Shown: piece after piece, positions 13,979 through 28,030 of the stretch
Layout of the letters: each line of letters opens with the position of its first letter
Numbering within the stretch: position 1 is the first letter of the stretch
DNA from: Tricharina praecox
Taxonomy: Eukaryota
DNA: 64,000 bases
Direction of reading: 5' to 3'
Assembly: GCF_024521635.1 (NCBI RefSeq)
Contig: NW_026250413.1
Span: 372,001-436,000, forward strand
The notes under the pieces: generated by a model
Told to the model about the DNA's origin: nothing
Seen by the model: the letters and a program-made list of their open reading frames with translations, nothing else
The model's database searches: none
Program-made: the position numbers and the translations under genes

Positions 13979-15242
13979 TCACCCATATATACTGGGTCCT
14001 GCATCTTGCTCTTGCTCTTCTTCTTCTTCCTTCTCCTTGACGGCCCTCACGCCCCCCTCCCAGATCTCAAACTCCATCTCCTCACCGCCCTTCGCCCAGC
14101 CCGCAAACACCACCCCGATCCTCCTGCGCAACCCCCTATCCTCATCCGCCTTCCTCAGCACAAACCTCGCAGCCAGGCGATTGGCCCAGACCATCCCGAG
14201 CGCGGGAACCTTTGCGCCTTGCGGCTCGACCGCCTCGTTCCACCCCGTAAACCACCGGCTCTGGAAGTCGAGCGAGTATACATCCTCGTCATCCCCATCC
14301 CCGTCGCCGTCCTGCTGATCCCCACCGCGCGAGAACCGGTCACTCACCTGATTCGCCACAACAACGACCAAATTATGCCGCCGCGCCAGCTCCCGCAGGC
14401 CCTGCGCGACCGCCACCAGCTCCCCGCCGCGCCGCGCCAGCTGCGCCGGGCCGCTCTGCTGCTGCTGCGACGACATCTTCACGCGCTTATTGACCGCGGG
14501 CCGATCCAGCTCCGCGCGAAAGTTCGCGGCAATACTGTCGACAATGACCAGGCCCACGTCGTGGCGCGCCACCGCCACGGGCAGCTGAAAGCGCAGAATA
14601 TGCTCCTGCGTCTCGAGGTCGTTACACGTAATGGCCAGGACGTTGTCGGTGCTCACGGGCGGATCGGGGGCCAGCCGTGAATTCAGCGCTCCTGCTAGCT
14701 GCACCAGTCGCGGCGTCGACAGTGGCGCTTCCGTCGATATGTACACCGCGCGCCGACCCAGCCCGCCGAGAGAGCGGGGGAGTTGGCTCGTCAAAGCGAG
14801 CGTGAGCAGGAATTGCGTTTTGCCCGCGCCGCTGGCGGGGACACACAATCAGCTCCATGGTGCTGGGCGCGCGGGCGGGGTGGAGGGGAACAAACCTCTC
14901 ACCAACCAACTCCGTAATCCCGCCCGCTCTCACGCCTCCACCGAGCATCCTATCTATCGCGACATCGCCCGTCGTAAGCCTCGTCTCCCTCTCTTTCAGC
15001 TTTGCAGCGCTCTCGCACAAAGTGTCGGCGGCGAACGCGGCGGTGAGTCCAGCAAGGAAGCGCTTTATGTCTAGAAGTGGTGGCGCAGGACTGCGGAGCG
15101 AGCTGAGCCGCCGTGATATCTCGGGCGAAGAGAGCGTGAGGAGGTCGGCGCATGTGAGAGAGGCGGTCTCGATGAGGGAGAGCAGCGGGAGGTGGCAGGG
15201 GGGGGGGAGGTAGGTGGGGAGGAGGGTGGACAGGTCCGACAT
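13979..15242 (-). CDS. RAD57: Rad51 paralog Rad57/XRCC3-like; complement(join(13979..14831,14896..15242))
   Basis: LTTGDVAIDRMLGGGVRAGGITELVGE|SGAGKTQFLLTL (Walker A across the intron), VYISTEAPLSTPRL, CNDLETQEHILRFQLP, LVIVDSIAANFRAE, VVVANQV, KVPALGMVWAN. Confidence 0.92.
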
Positions 15243-18200
15243 GGTGAGGTGGGGTGGGGTGGGGGTGACGGGAGGGGAGGGGCGAGGGGACGGGGTAAGG
15301 ACGCGGGATGGGGCGAGGACGCGGGAGACGCGGTGGGGCGCATGGGAGAGCACTCGTCGCTCGTTGCCAGGGCCGGGGGTCGCGACGACGAGACGAGTTG
15401 GGCGCGAACGAGCTCTTCACCCTCCCAGGCTCCCAGGTGGTTGGTTGGCTACCTAACACGAGGTGGGGTCGATGCGGTCAGCGTTTTGTACCGGTACCGT
15501 ATTGTAGAGTACTATATACCGTACCGTGCCCTACAGTACATAACTCTTCAAGCTCTTCAAGCTCTTGCTCTCCAGCTCTTCCTCCTCTTCCTCGTCCTCC
15601 TCATTACGAGCTCTCCTTGCGAGCTCTGTATATCCATAGTAGTATGTAGCTCCATCGTACCGAAGCACACGCACACGCATACAAGCACACAGCACACATG
15701 TAGGTACCGATCACAATTCGCAATTTGTATGTATTGTTCATACTTCCGAAGGTTTAGTTGAGCATTTACTCGCATCGCCTCCAACAACCCACCCAGAGCA
15801 CCGGTGAGGTTGAGTGAAAAACAGTGGGGCGCGATCACGACGAGAAGGAGGCCGCACACAAGCAGCCGGGTGGGCACAATGAATCACTCGCCCACTCGCC
15901 CACTCGCCCACTCGCCCACTCGTTCGGGAGCGCGTCCATCGTTTTTGGGGGAGGGGACGGAGTTGGTTAGTTGCTTGCTACTCAGACCCGACCGAAGGCG
16001 GAAAGCGACGTTGGTTAGGGGGCTTTTAAGTTTTGGCCTTGGAACTTTGGTGGACCGGCACGTGACAGACATCGACCCATTCCAGGTCGCTGGGGATTTC
16101 CGAGTAAACAAACTCTACTCTAGAGTCCACATAGGAGAATTAAGCAGGGTGGTAGGGTAGGTGGGTAGGTGGGTAGGCATGCAGTGGGAGCTTCTTTGGG
16201 AAGTACACAGGTGAGCCAACATTTCTCGAAGCTCGAGGTAGCGAGTCGTGGGAAACAAACGCTGGGAGGCTGGCGGTGAAGTAATACTTTTTTACCAGGT
16301 ATCTTTTCTTTCTTTCTTTTTGTTTGCTTGATTGTTTGCAAGTTGCAAGTTGCAACGTTTCTCGCGTCCTGTTGGGTTGAGGCCACGGTTGAGTTGTAGA
16401 GTGGAGTAGGGAGAGAGGGAGGGAGGAAGGGAGGAAGGATGGAAGGCCTGCTCGTGGTTGGTCGCAGAAAAACGGATGAACCGCATGCCGTTGCCGGCCG
16501 GCGTTCTTGGAACTTGGGGGGAGGGGAGCAGGAACGAACAGGCAAAGCTCCCTTCTCCTGGAAAGCAAAGCAACGCAACGCAGAGCACTGACCGCCTATA
16601 TACCATGGCTCTACCAAGAATCGACGATACTCGATCGGGCCGAAACAACCAACCACCGCCCCTTTCCTTTCCCTCCCGCTGTTATCTGTGCGTGATTGGC
16701 CGCGTTGGGAGCTGTTTTTATTTTATTGCGGAGGGTTTGTGCGGATGAAGGTTGGCTGCTGCTTGGTGGTACTGGTGGTACTGGTGGTACTGGTGGTGGT
16801 GGTCAGAGCGTGGTCCGCCTTTTAGTGTGCTGACTGCATGAGTAGACTGGCCGCTCGGGAGGAAGGTCTCGGAGGCGAACGCGGCGGGAGAGCTGCGCTG
16901 GCTGAAGCACCATGGAGCTTCAAGTCGATGGGGGAAGTTTGAGCTTGGAGAAGACGAGTGCGGTAAGTAAGGGTTCGGGTGGTGAAGTCTGGAGGGCTTT
17001 GGCTTCGGCTTCTCGAGCAGTGTCGAGGCTCGAGCAGAGTACATACGCTGGTTCTGGCATGCTTACGGTTGACCACCGACTGAGCCTGGCCGGGCAAGAT
17101 GGCATTCCCGTTTCCCGTGTTCGGATAGGTACTCTCGATTTCCCTCGGAGCTTGTTTCTGGATAGCCTCCGGATTCGAAGACCAGTAAGAGTCCAGATCC
17201 TGCTGGTCGTCGCTAGTCACATGCCCTAGAGACGCGGTCCTTACTTAAGGGTCTGAGGCCACGGAGAGTGAGAGGCAAAGGGTTCGTCCGCGGTTCACCT
17301 CGTCCTTGGGATCGCAACGGTGCACTTTGGACCTCAAGGATGATGCTTGGGCGAGTGCGTGGCGACCATAGTAACGGGGGAACATCAGACGATGGAACCC
17401 GTCAATCTCCATCCGTCAATCCGTCAATCCGTCAATTGGCTGTCCTTCGCCATAGCCACTGTGACGGATTGCGTGGCCAGTCCTGACGCTGCGCGGGCGG
17501 GCGTCGTATTGCCCTCTTGGCTGCCCCGGTCCCTACTCTACGGTACTCTAGAGTCCACGGTATGTACTCTGCACATAGTGGACCACTATATCGCGGCCCG
17601 GGAACATGTCTACTCGCACTGTCGGGCCCTTCCATGCCATGCCACGGCCATATCCGTGATGTCCCCTATTGTGGCTTCTTCTGTGGCCTCTCGCCGCGTT
17701 CTTCTCGTCCTCGGATCCGACAGCAGAGAATGTCCATGCCTTCCATTGCTGCCGCCGTCGTACATACATCTCACACCGCGCAGCCCCTTGCTAAAAGTCT
17801 TGTCCTGGCTCTAACTTACTCACCCCCAATGCCTTCGTTCGTTCCTGCAAACCCAGCACCCCGGCCCAACCAGTTCATTGAGCGAAGCCAGCGCCCCACA
17901 CACCCCCCTTCAGCCCTTGACCAGTCATCGTCCGCCTTTCACCGCTGCTGCTCACCCCAATCCAACTCTTCCAACATCCCTCCTCCTCCTAGACTACCTA
18001 ACCTGACTCCCCCCCCATCCTCCACTACCTTCCTTACTAACCACACCCCCCCATCCCCTGAAAGAGCCGCTCTTCCTACTCCCCTTTCTCCCTCTCCACA
18101 GCAATCATAAGTTCTGTCGTCCCTGCCCACCCCCCCAAAGCGCCCCTCACCACTCGTTTCCTCTCGCCCCGCCCTCAGGCCGCCGCCCCCTTTTATCGAT

Positions 18201-18833
18201 CGGTTAACGAGACCCACGCTTTTACGATCCGGAACGAGATACGCACCGCATGACCTTGTGATATTATATTTTCCAGAACGCGAAAGACCAAAGATCGTCC
18301 ATCGAAAAGAGAGATACCACACAAAAGGGGATATATATCTTGTCATCAGCATCTATATCGGTTGTTTTTTCCCCTCCGGGTTTACGAAGTTGTTGAGTAC
18401 TTGAACGACCTACTACAGAGACGAACGAAAGAAGAAAAATAGTTTTTTTTCTCTCCCGCTTCCATCCATCGTAGCGAAGTTCGACCGCAGCGGGGACCAT
18501 CCTAATACAGCATACATTACACTTCTCGTCTCCGCATCGGTTCGATTCCCCCGCGACATCGGTCACGGAGTTGCTCAGTCGCCAGAAAGAAAGAAGAAGA
18601 AAAGGAGTGTCAGAGTTCGTATTGCAACGCGTTGCAGTCCGATACACGGTTTAGTAACGAAGTCTTCACGATCGCCAGGCTTCCCCGGAACCTGTAGCCA
18701 CGATCAAGCCGGCCAGCTAGCTAGTCCCGGTTTCGAACGGACTTTCCCGTCCGCACTTTTGCTGTGAGCAGAGAAACAGAGAAAAACGAACATCCAAGAA
18801 CTAAGCATCCAAATCGTACGACGAACTATCAAT

Positions 18834-20803
18834 ATGGCCAGCCACGACTCCTACTACGATACAACGGGTTCCATGAGGTCCGCGAGCGGCCAGCACCACA
18901 ACACGCTCCATCGGGCTCCGTCCCGGCAATTCGAGACCTTCGCCGGTCAGACCGGCCTCTACACCGCCGAGGACCATGCCGCCAGATACGATCACAACCG
19001 CGCTTACGATACCACGCGTATAGCTCCCACCGCGATGACTTACGGAGGATATGAGGCATCGGGCGCCCAGACCTGGAACCCGAGCAGCTTTGGAAATGTC
19101 GGTACGCTGGGGGGGACGATGGGTGGTGGTTCGGGAAGAATAAAGGGCCCTTCGCGACAGAGGAGCGCGCTGCCGTCGGTACGACAACCGTCCTCCGTCG
19201 GAGAGTACCCGAAAGACTCGGTTGCTAACGGAAAACAGATGTGGACCGAAAGCCCTTCGGCTCTTCCGACCGTCAGCCCCCTGGCCGCGATGGGTGGTGG
19301 GGTGTCTCTGGGTGCATCGCCCATGCGCCAAGAACCTGTCGGGTCAGACATGGGGGAAGAGGAGTTGATCCCGACCGCCATCGTCATCAAGAATATCCCG
19401 TTCGCCGTTAAGAAGGAGCAACTGGTTCAGTTGATGACGGAGATCAACCTACCGCTGCCGTACGCGTTCAACTATCACTTCGATAATGGCGTGTTCCGCG
19501 GTCTTGCGTTCGCAAACTTCACCACCGCGGAGGAAACGGGAACCGTCATCGACATGTTGAACGGATTCGAACTGCAGGGCAGGAAGCTTCGGGTGGAATA
19601 CAAGAAGATGTTGCCCATCCAGGAGAGAGAGAGGATCGAGAGGGAGAAGAGGGAACGGAGGGGCCAACTGGAAGAGCAACACCGACCTGTCACGCAGCCA
19701 CCGCCGTTGGCTACTTCTCCTTCGCCCAGCGCGTCGAGGTCCAAACCAGGTCAGACTATAGTTACTCCGACAGATGTCCGATATTCCAGCGTGCTAACCG
19801 CCTTTTAGACGTAGACTTGAACGACCCCCAGACTCTTCAGTTCTATTCGCAGCTGCTTCTCTTCCGCGACGACCACACACGCGAAGCGCTCATCTTCCCC
19901 CCTACCCTGTCGCCTCAGCAGCGTCGTATTGTGCACACCCTGGCACACCACATGGGACTCGCGCACATCTCGCGCGGAAGCGGCGAAGGCCGCCAAGTAC
20001 ATGTTTTCCGCGCGCCCCAGGGGCAGACGCCGAACATCAGCCCGCCATCCATCCCGACGGTTCACCCCGTCGAGAACCACCCGAGACGTGGACTGACCAG
20101 GGCCACCACCATGGACTTTACCGATACTCGGTCCGAGAGCGCCGCCATGTTCTCTACAATCGGGCGCCAAGCATCGGCTCTTCTGGATATCCCATCCTCC
20201 CCGTCCGGTCGGGAGAGCGCCGTTCAGAGCCGCCAGAACCTTCGCGCGGCCAAGTCGTTCGCCGACCTGCGGTCCTACACGCCCTCACCGGTGCCCTCTT
20301 CCGCCAGCTTTCCCGCGGCGTTGGGTAACAACATCTCCCGGTACCAGCAGCAGGATTACGGCGCCCACAGTGCCGCCAGCACCACACCCACTCTGACGCC
20401 CACTGCAACCGGCAACCACCAGGAGTCGCTGCTCGTCAACGGGCTGGCCGGTGTGTCGCTCGGTGGTCCCCTCGGTAACATGGGTGGAAGCTTGAGGGGT
20501 GATCCCCGGGACCCTCGGGGCATGCTCTCCCACGAGCAGGAGCGAAATGGTGGCACGATCGGCGGCGGAAGCGGACACAGTGGAATGGTGGGCGGTGGAG
20601 TAACCCGCAGTTTCAGTATGGGCTTCGATGAAGTCCGTGCCGAGCGCGACCGATCCCACGTCATCCCGCAGAGACAGCCAAGAGGGCCAGATTCCGAGCG
20701 GGGGGCAGGATTTTCGTCAAGGAGTCGCCAGCACCACGGAGGACGAGGCGGCTCGGGAGGGGAATTGGACGTCCAGAGTGGCGTTGAGATTGTCGTGGAG
20801 TAA
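18834..20803 (+). CDS. PIN4: RRM + R3H RNA-binding protein, Pin4/Cip2-like; join(18834..19178,19239..19749,19809..20803)
   Basis: IPTAIVIKNIPFAVKKEQL...LPYAFNYHFDNGVFRGLAFANF...GRKLRVEYKKMLP...RGQLEEQH (RRM), then DLNDPQTLQFYSQLLLF...LSPQQRRIVHTLAHHMGLAHISRG (R3H). Confidence 0.9.
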
Positions 20804-22133
20804 AGTAATTGTGAATGGGAGTACAGGGGGTGTAGTAGGGGCTTGAGATTACACATGGTTGGGACAATATTTTCTTGTGTCAGTTTCTTTCCATTGCGTT
20901 CATCTTTTTTTCTTTCTTTTCTTTTTTCCTTTTCGTTTTCTCCACTTTATCATTATCTTTTTGGACAATCATCGGCATATTCCTTCCCACCACATTCGAT
21001 CGATGAGACGAGGAGGGTGCTTCTTTTTTCTTTTCTTTTCTGCCTCTACTTCTCTCTTGTTTTTCTGTGTTCAGTGTAACGAAGGATGGACTCTGGAGGC
21101 TTCCTCATCATGATGTATGAGAAGGAAATTTTTGGCTGTTACATGTACCCCTCCCACTCCCGTGCTACGTATGAGTATATACGTGTGTGTGTGGGTGGGG
21201 GGGGGGACGGGAAAGCGGATCAAAGTATTCGATATATTGAAGGGGTTTTATTTCTTGCTTGCTTGCTTTGAAGTTTGGGGGTTTGTTTATTCTTTGCGTC
21301 AAAAAAGATTGGTTTTTTTTTTTCTTTTGCTTGCTTGCTGCTGATTCTTTCTTGCTGCTGCTGATTCTTTCTTTCTGCTGCTTGATTTTGTGTGTCTTAA
21401 GTATCGCCTTTTAGTTACTGTTACTGTTACTGTTGGGTTGGATATGTAGTGTCCCGAGCAATGGGGAGGCCCAGAGAGGGGAGGGCACGGGCGATGATCT
21501 AGGTTTTTTGTTTTTTTTCAGTTGTTTTTTTTGTCCATACGTGAAGAGTTGATTCTAATATTTTGAGCTATCTATTGACTGCTGCCTTTTTGACTTTGCA
21601 CTGTGACACGCACTTATCTGCACTTGATTTATGGCGTAGTCACCACCGTGGCACCGTCGGATATCTCCTTCATCGTGAATACTAGGTATGCAGCTCCGTC
21701 AGGAAACGCCTGCTGATAGATCCTTTTCGTACACAAAGTTCATATGTTACTCGGCCCTGTTTACTGCTGGACCGTGCACTGCTGGAGCTTGGGGGACATC
21801 TTCCATCTTCCTTCCATCTTCCAGCTCCCATCTTCCAGCTCCCATCCTCAATCTTCCATGGAGGCTGGAGCAGGGTGTCATCGCCGAATCCTTATGATAG
21901 TAGGTAGAGTAAACCTTTATACTTCTGTAAGTGAAGGCTCCGCCGCAGAACAACTCGAACTTCGAAAATCGCCTCGGCACCATAGGAACGCAAACCGGCG
22001 CGAGCAACGCAGGCGCTGCCGCGCTGGGCAGTCTGGAAGGCATTCGGGAACGCATGTGAGCTGCAGATACTCGAGTCGACTCCTGCATGATCGGTTCATC
22101 ATGAACCGGGCGACCAGAGTATAGTGTTTGAGC

Positions 22134-22417
22134 ATGGCGAAGATCTAGTTATGAACTTGTGACGGTATCCATCGGTCCGTCTGTCTGTCCGCCTGTTCGT
22201 TCAGGAAAACCTTGGATGGCTCCGGTATCCTGCCGTAAGTTTAGGTAGTGTTGGAGTATGGCGAAGATCTAGTTACCTATGGCCGTGCCTATTCGTCAGT
22301 CTGTCTGTCCGTCAGTCCGTTTGTTCGTTCAAGAAACCTTTGGTGGCTACGGACTGCCTAGGACCTAGGACCTAGGTAGGTAGTCGGACAAGTATATTCG
22401 GACAAGTATCCTGCCGT
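22134..22417. repeat. Two-copy imperfect direct repeat (about 120-160 bp)
   Basis: ATGGCGAAGATCTAGTTA...GTCTGTCTGTCCG...TGTTCGTTCA...GTATCCTGCCGTA occurs at about 22134 and about 22258. Confidence 0.7.
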
Positions 22418-23939
22418 ATTAGATAGGCCCGGGGATGTTTGGTTCCAGTCTTCCAGTCTTCCTGAGAGCAACGGCTCGGAGGATCGCATACCTGCTCGGG
22501 AGTCGGAACAGATTCGAAAATGCCGGAGTTGAAGGCCTACTACCTAGGAGGTAGGTTGCGATGTTTCGACAGCGATGTCGCGGTAAGGGATGGGACTTCG
22601 CGGAAGGGAACGGTATACAGCGCCTGGCTGTGATTGGAGTATAGTAGAGCTCCATGTGGTTCGCAATGTTGTGCTCTGGAGAAGCAGGTTGAACGTCCAT
22701 GGTCGACGATCCTGCGGACAGATGCCGATGGCATGTAGAGTAGCTCTACTCTACTCTACTGCCAGTAGCTCACCAGAGCCGGCGGCTCGGGCGCCAACGC
22801 AACATAACCACGGCGGCAAGTTTCTCCGTCCGCCGTCCTCCGCATGAGTGAGTGAGTGTGTAGAGTACTCTACTCTACTCTACAACATCGAGGCGAGCCA
22901 AGCCTGCTACGTACCTCTGTAGTGTACTCTAACTGACCGATTTATTGCGACGGTAAGATGGGCCACCTACCTGGTACTGTATGGTGTCATGTCATGTCAG
23001 GTCATATCAATGCCTATGATGGGCGTCCGAAGGGCAAAGATACGCAACTGCACTGCACTGCTGCGCTGCATGTTTGCATGTTGCATATGCGTGCAGCGAA
23101 GGACGGAGAAACTTGCTGGTTGGCTGCAGAATGCGGTTGCATGCTGACTGACGGATTGGGGGACCGGGGGAGGGGGGCCCGAGGGGGCGGAGGGGGCGGA
23201 GAATCTAGTGGGCTTTTGTCGCAAGCCCGCATCCGGCGGTGGACGTTGTGTTGCGGCTGGACGACGGAAAGAGGGAGGGGAGGAGGGAGGTATTCGACCA
23301 GAACCACGGCCTGGACTGGATACGAGAGCGTTGGATGCCCCCTCGAGTTCTTCCGATGGATGCGATGCTAAGTAGGAAGCTGCAAAACTAGAGCACGAGG
23401 ATCCGCGGGTCGATTTGGCCTCGCCGATCGGGAATGCACCCGCGAGCGATCCGCCGAACTGCACTACAGGCTAAAGCTATCAGTGGTGAAGATCGGCTCC
23501 GAATGCGGCCGGACCGCGTCCTCTCTCCACAAAGCTTGGCTGATTCCACCATTACGTCAACGTTTCGCGACGAGTGCAGCCGTGTGTAGGCGGATGGCTG
23601 GCCGGCCGGAAACACAAAACACATGTGGTCTGTGGTTTGTGTCGAGGACGTGCGAATGACGGCATGCACCACAGACGTATATACTACACTCCGCTCGGCT
23701 TCGTTCTGAGGACTCTGCTGGTATCTTCTACATACATCCACATCTGCTCGAGATCCATCCAACAGATACCTCGTATCACCCACCGTTGCAGCCCTCCTCC
23801 ATAAAGTGCACTCATCCAAGGAATAGTTCCGAGTCCCCTGCGAAGCCGGTTTCCAGTCAATCCATGGAGTCGAGCAGGCACTGAAAGGAGGCTACATATA
23901 TCCCGTACATTGCTCCCTCGGTGGTTGCTGCTGCACTGA

Positions 23940-26900
23940 ATGACAACGAATCACTATCAGCCTTCTTCCCTAAGTACACCACTGACTGACCACGGATTCT
24001 TCGACGACAGCAACTATTCCAGTGCTACTTCCAGCCCCGCTCGGCACAGCTACTTCTCCACTACAGCAGAAGAAGACGGGGCATTAGCTCTACCTTGTAC
24101 CTTCCCACTTCCTCCACCTCCTCACTCTCCTCCGCCCCCGCAATCGACGCCCGTCCGTCGTGCACGTCCATATCGTCCGGGAAGGGCCGCATCAGCTTCT
24201 CCTTTGAGCCCGGCCACAACACAGCCTGGAACGCTGTTCAAAACAATTGTGGAAGGAGACACCCCCCAGTACCTGCTATCGCCCCCTGTGCTCAAGCCCG
24301 CGGACAGTACAGCAACAGTGAACAGCTACATCACCGCGCCGAGCTACGCCTCATCTCGGTCCTCGTCCTCATCCAGTTCCCGAACCATTCAGAACCGACC
24401 CATCGCCTCACCGCCGCGGACGCCACTGCCCCCGCTCACCGACCGAGACGTTGAGCAGATCCGCGGAGCACACACTCCATCCCACGGCCCGCACGAAGCA
24501 CAGGACGCACTCCTATCCTCGAGAAGAATGTCTCACCGCAACGGCAACAGCAATGCGGCCACCCGCACAAACAACGAAGACCGCGCTGCCCGCGAGCCAC
24601 TGATCCCGCGCAGCAACGCCTCCGACCCCGACTCCCGCCGTAAGGAGGAGTCCATGCGCCGCAAACTCCGGGCGTATGAAGCCTTCCTTGCCCTGAAGCA
24701 AGGTGACCTGCCCGATACCCAGCAGCTTACGGAATGGGGCCGCCATACGCTTCGCTCTCCCGTTCTGGACAGCCGCAATAGACGCCTCAGCAGTAGGGGG
24801 AGGGAGTTTGTGAGAGATCTGAGGGCCTGGATTGAGGCGGTTATAGACCTGGGACTCAGTAAGAATTATGATGATAAGATCCAGGAGTTTATCTACCATA
24901 CATCGCATGCGAATATGTTTGTGAACGTTCCCGATGTTAGTGGTGCGGCGAAGGCGGGCACCACCGGGTCGGGACAGGATGCGACGAGGTTTATGGAGAG
25001 GCTTAGGAAGACGGCGGGACTGCTGTGGAGTAGTGATGAGTTTAGGGACTTGATCAATGATTTCGCCAGTATGTGTGCTCCCTCCCGACTTGTGAAAGAG
25101 GCTGTGCTGATCGGTGAATAGGTGTTGGTCGCGACATGTTTGCGGATGCAGCTTCGCAGGTGGCTTCTGGTGCTTCCCACGCTGCCGACAATGCCAGATC
25201 CACCGACGTGAATATCGATCAGGAATCGACGTCCAGCAAGGCAATCAAGGAGAAGGGCAACGCAGCCTCGCAGCAGGTACGCCAGGCGAGTTACCAGTTC
25301 CGTGACGACCTCGAAGCGTACCTCCGTGAGAAGTTCCCCAAGCAGCGCAGGGACGCCGTCATCAACCGCATGAAAAAGGTGGTGCAGGATATCCAGGAGA
25401 ATCCCGACTTCCAGGAGACGGTTGATTTCGTTGTCGATATGATGCACCGATATGCCACTCGCGTCAAAGACAGCGTTGCCGCTGAGGGAAAGCAAGCCGA
25501 CGTCAAGTCGGATGAGAACTTCGACATTGCCATGAAGGATGCCCAGGTATGACATCATAATCACATGTAATGTCGCACGAAATCGAGTGATGAATGCTGA
25601 CTCGCATAGGCCCTTCTCATGGCTTTTGCCAATGGCAAGTCGTTGGATCCCATCTACGACGCTCTCAACAAGGTCATCGATGACATCCAGTCGGATAATG
25701 AGCTTAAAGAGTTCTACAATCACGTCTCACAGGAGTTCAACCGGCTCATCACTGAAAAGGGCTACGTGACTAGCGACGCTGCCGACGCAGAAGCGCACAG
25801 GCTCTACGAACGCTCTCAGGAATTACTGAATGAGAAATCGGACCGCTATCGCCCCGACGTCGAGAATCTGTTCTCCGAGGCGCGTTCATTCATCGATGCC
25901 ATTCGCAACGATAAGGAGAGTGTCAGGGTTGCCGAGGCGAGCAAGAAAGTGTACAAAGACTTGGTCGTCACGGATAAGAATGGAAACTTCAGGGGGTTCA
26001 GGAAGAGGGTTCTCTGGGATCTACTGGAGGTTGTGTTCCCTCGCTTCGTGGATGAGGTCAAGTATATTCCCATCCCGAGAATTGAGTATCAAGATCCGGA
26101 TTTCGATCTGATCCTGGAGAATGTTGTGCTCGAATCTGGTATGTCCTAATCTTCCCATGATGGGTAGGTATGCGATAGCTAACATCGATCTTTCAGAGCA
26201 CTTTCTCCCAACCCGCACCGTCCTCGAAGCCTTCACCCGTTTCGAAGTTACAAACTCTTATACGGTCTCCAGCACCCACACGACGACCACGCACCTGCAC
26301 GTCTCCAACATCAATCTCTTCTGCAAGGACGCCTCCTTCATCGTGCGCAAGAAGACGGGCCTTTCATTCTCCGACCGTGGGTTCATCGACGTCTTCATGA
26401 CCGGCCGCGGGGCGTCTGCCGACATACTCCTCGAGTCATCTTCGCACGACGAAGATGAAGACGAAGACCCCACGGCCGAGTCCTACTTCCGCGTCAAGTC
26501 CGTTACCGTCAAGATCCACAACTTCTCGTACAACTACCATGCATACCACACCTGGGCCGCTGCCTTGCTAGCCCCGATCATCAAGCCCGCGGTCCGGAAG
26601 CTCCTCGCAAACGTCCTGGAGCAACGCATCCGCGGCGCCATAGAACAGCTCGATAGGGAGATCTATGCCGCCGCCGAGCGCATGCGTGTAGCAAGCATTG
26701 CCAACCGCGGCGGCGGAAGTATGGAGGCGTGGATCCGTGCTGTTCTGTCACGGCCCGAGCATGCGAGGAGACGGAGGAGGCAGCGCGGCGAGTTCAGAGT
26801 TTCGGTCGAGGACGACGGCGCACTCATATTCCCAGGCGAACATGCGCCCGGAGGGATACTCGCGAAGGTTAAGAAGGCGGAGGACAACGTTGAGGTCGGC

Positions 26901-26951
26901 CATGAGGGACAGGGCAGGTGGAGGAATTCGGTGTTTGATGTGCGTCGTTGA
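23940..26951 (+). CDS. Conserved fungal DUF4449-like protein (putative BPI/TULIP-like fold); join(23940..25068,25122..25546,25610..26138,26197..26951); alternative start 24528
   Basis: Four ORF blocks joined by in-frame GT-AG introns. Motifs KLRAYEAFLALKQGDLPDTQQL, KNYDDKIQEFIYH, YIPIPRIEYQDPDFDLILENVVLES|EHFLP and ASFIVRKKTGLSFSDRGFIDV are typical of this fungal family, from recall. Confidence 0.8.
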
Positions 26952-27814
26952 TTTATCTTTGTGGGATTTTGTGGGTCTTTTTATTTGGGATCAAATTGCA
27001 ATGGGCTGCTGGATTGGGATGGTTGTTTTTGTACGTACCTGTATTGCGAATTTGTTGTTTGTCTGGCATGACTTGCTGTTGAATGAAGAGCTCCCATAAT
27101 ATTCATCCTGCACGTGAAATCTAAAGCTACACCTTGAGCCCATCAAGGCTATAGAATGTCTAGTTGTGGGGCGTAATCGGGCGTGAAGACGGAGAAAATC
27201 ACGATATCACTCGATCCACCAGGCTTTTCAATAGCTCGCATTTAGCCCAAAAGGGCGCTTACAGTTTCCGGCACTGTTCGAGCGCCCGGCTGGCTAGATA
27301 ACGGGCGCTCAATAGTCTAGCGCCGACGCCGCCCTGACGATCACTTCATTGCTCCCTTCTATGTATCAAACCCAGTATGTAGGCTTTTTTTGACCGATTA
27401 CCATGGTCTCTGGTCGATTACCATGGTCCATGGGCCCGCCGCCGCCCGCCGCCATTTGATGGGATTAATCCCTACGGACCGGCCGCCCTTCTGTGTTTGC
27501 TTCACAGCCTGCAGGAATTTTCGTTAATGTGTTTGTGAAAGTTGGGATGCGTGGCGTTTCTGGATAGCAGTCAGTGGTACCATACGATACCAACTTACAT
27601 AGAAAGATAGAAAGATGGGAATCAAATTTGTATAGCATCACTGTTTCTACACGACGTTGGACCGCACCAGTGATTCGGAAGTAAGAAAGCCACTTCTCAC
27701 AGTCTACAGAGCATACCTACAAGATGTGTGTACCCAAATTACGAGTGCGGCGATACGGCCGGCGTGAGCACTAGGCAATCACACCCCTGAAGTTCCCGGT
27801 GATTGTTGGTGGTC

Positions 27815-28030
27815 GCCCTGCTTCCACTCCAGCGTGTACTGGTGCCTAGTGCCTAGTGCCTTGGCGTGTGCGGGGATGTGGGGGTGCGGGGATGCGGTCT
27901 CAATCCTGGCGGCGGTCTCAGTCCTGCCCGCACCACGCCGCACTAGGCCGCCACCGTTTCTTATAAATAGCTCCTCTCTCTCCCGTCTCCTCTCCCTTCC
28001 TCTCTATCCTCTCCTCATCACATACATTTA
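27815..28030 (+). promoter_or_regulatory. Repeated promoter-like module, copy 1 (others at about 29142, 30945, 34027, 37225, 39772, 44590; truncated at about 32820)
   Basis: GCCCTGCCTTCCACCCTAGCGTGTACTGGTGCCTA, then GCGGGGATGCGG repeats, then (GCGGTCTCAATACTGGCC)n, CGCACTAGGCCGC, TATAAATAG, a CT-rich tract and CATCACATACAT. TATA-like boxes at about 27962, 29294, 31094, 34155, 37352, 39955 and 44715. Confidence 0.6.

Noticed and set aside
15460-18800. ORFs in the RAD57-PIN4 divergent intergenic region
   Set aside because: GC- and simple-repeat-derived frames with no protein-like signal; probably promoter and long 5' UTR.
21688-22850. Small ORFs between the PIN4-like and DUF4449-like genes
   Set aside because: They are short, overlap in several frames and have no recognisable domain or consistent splice model.
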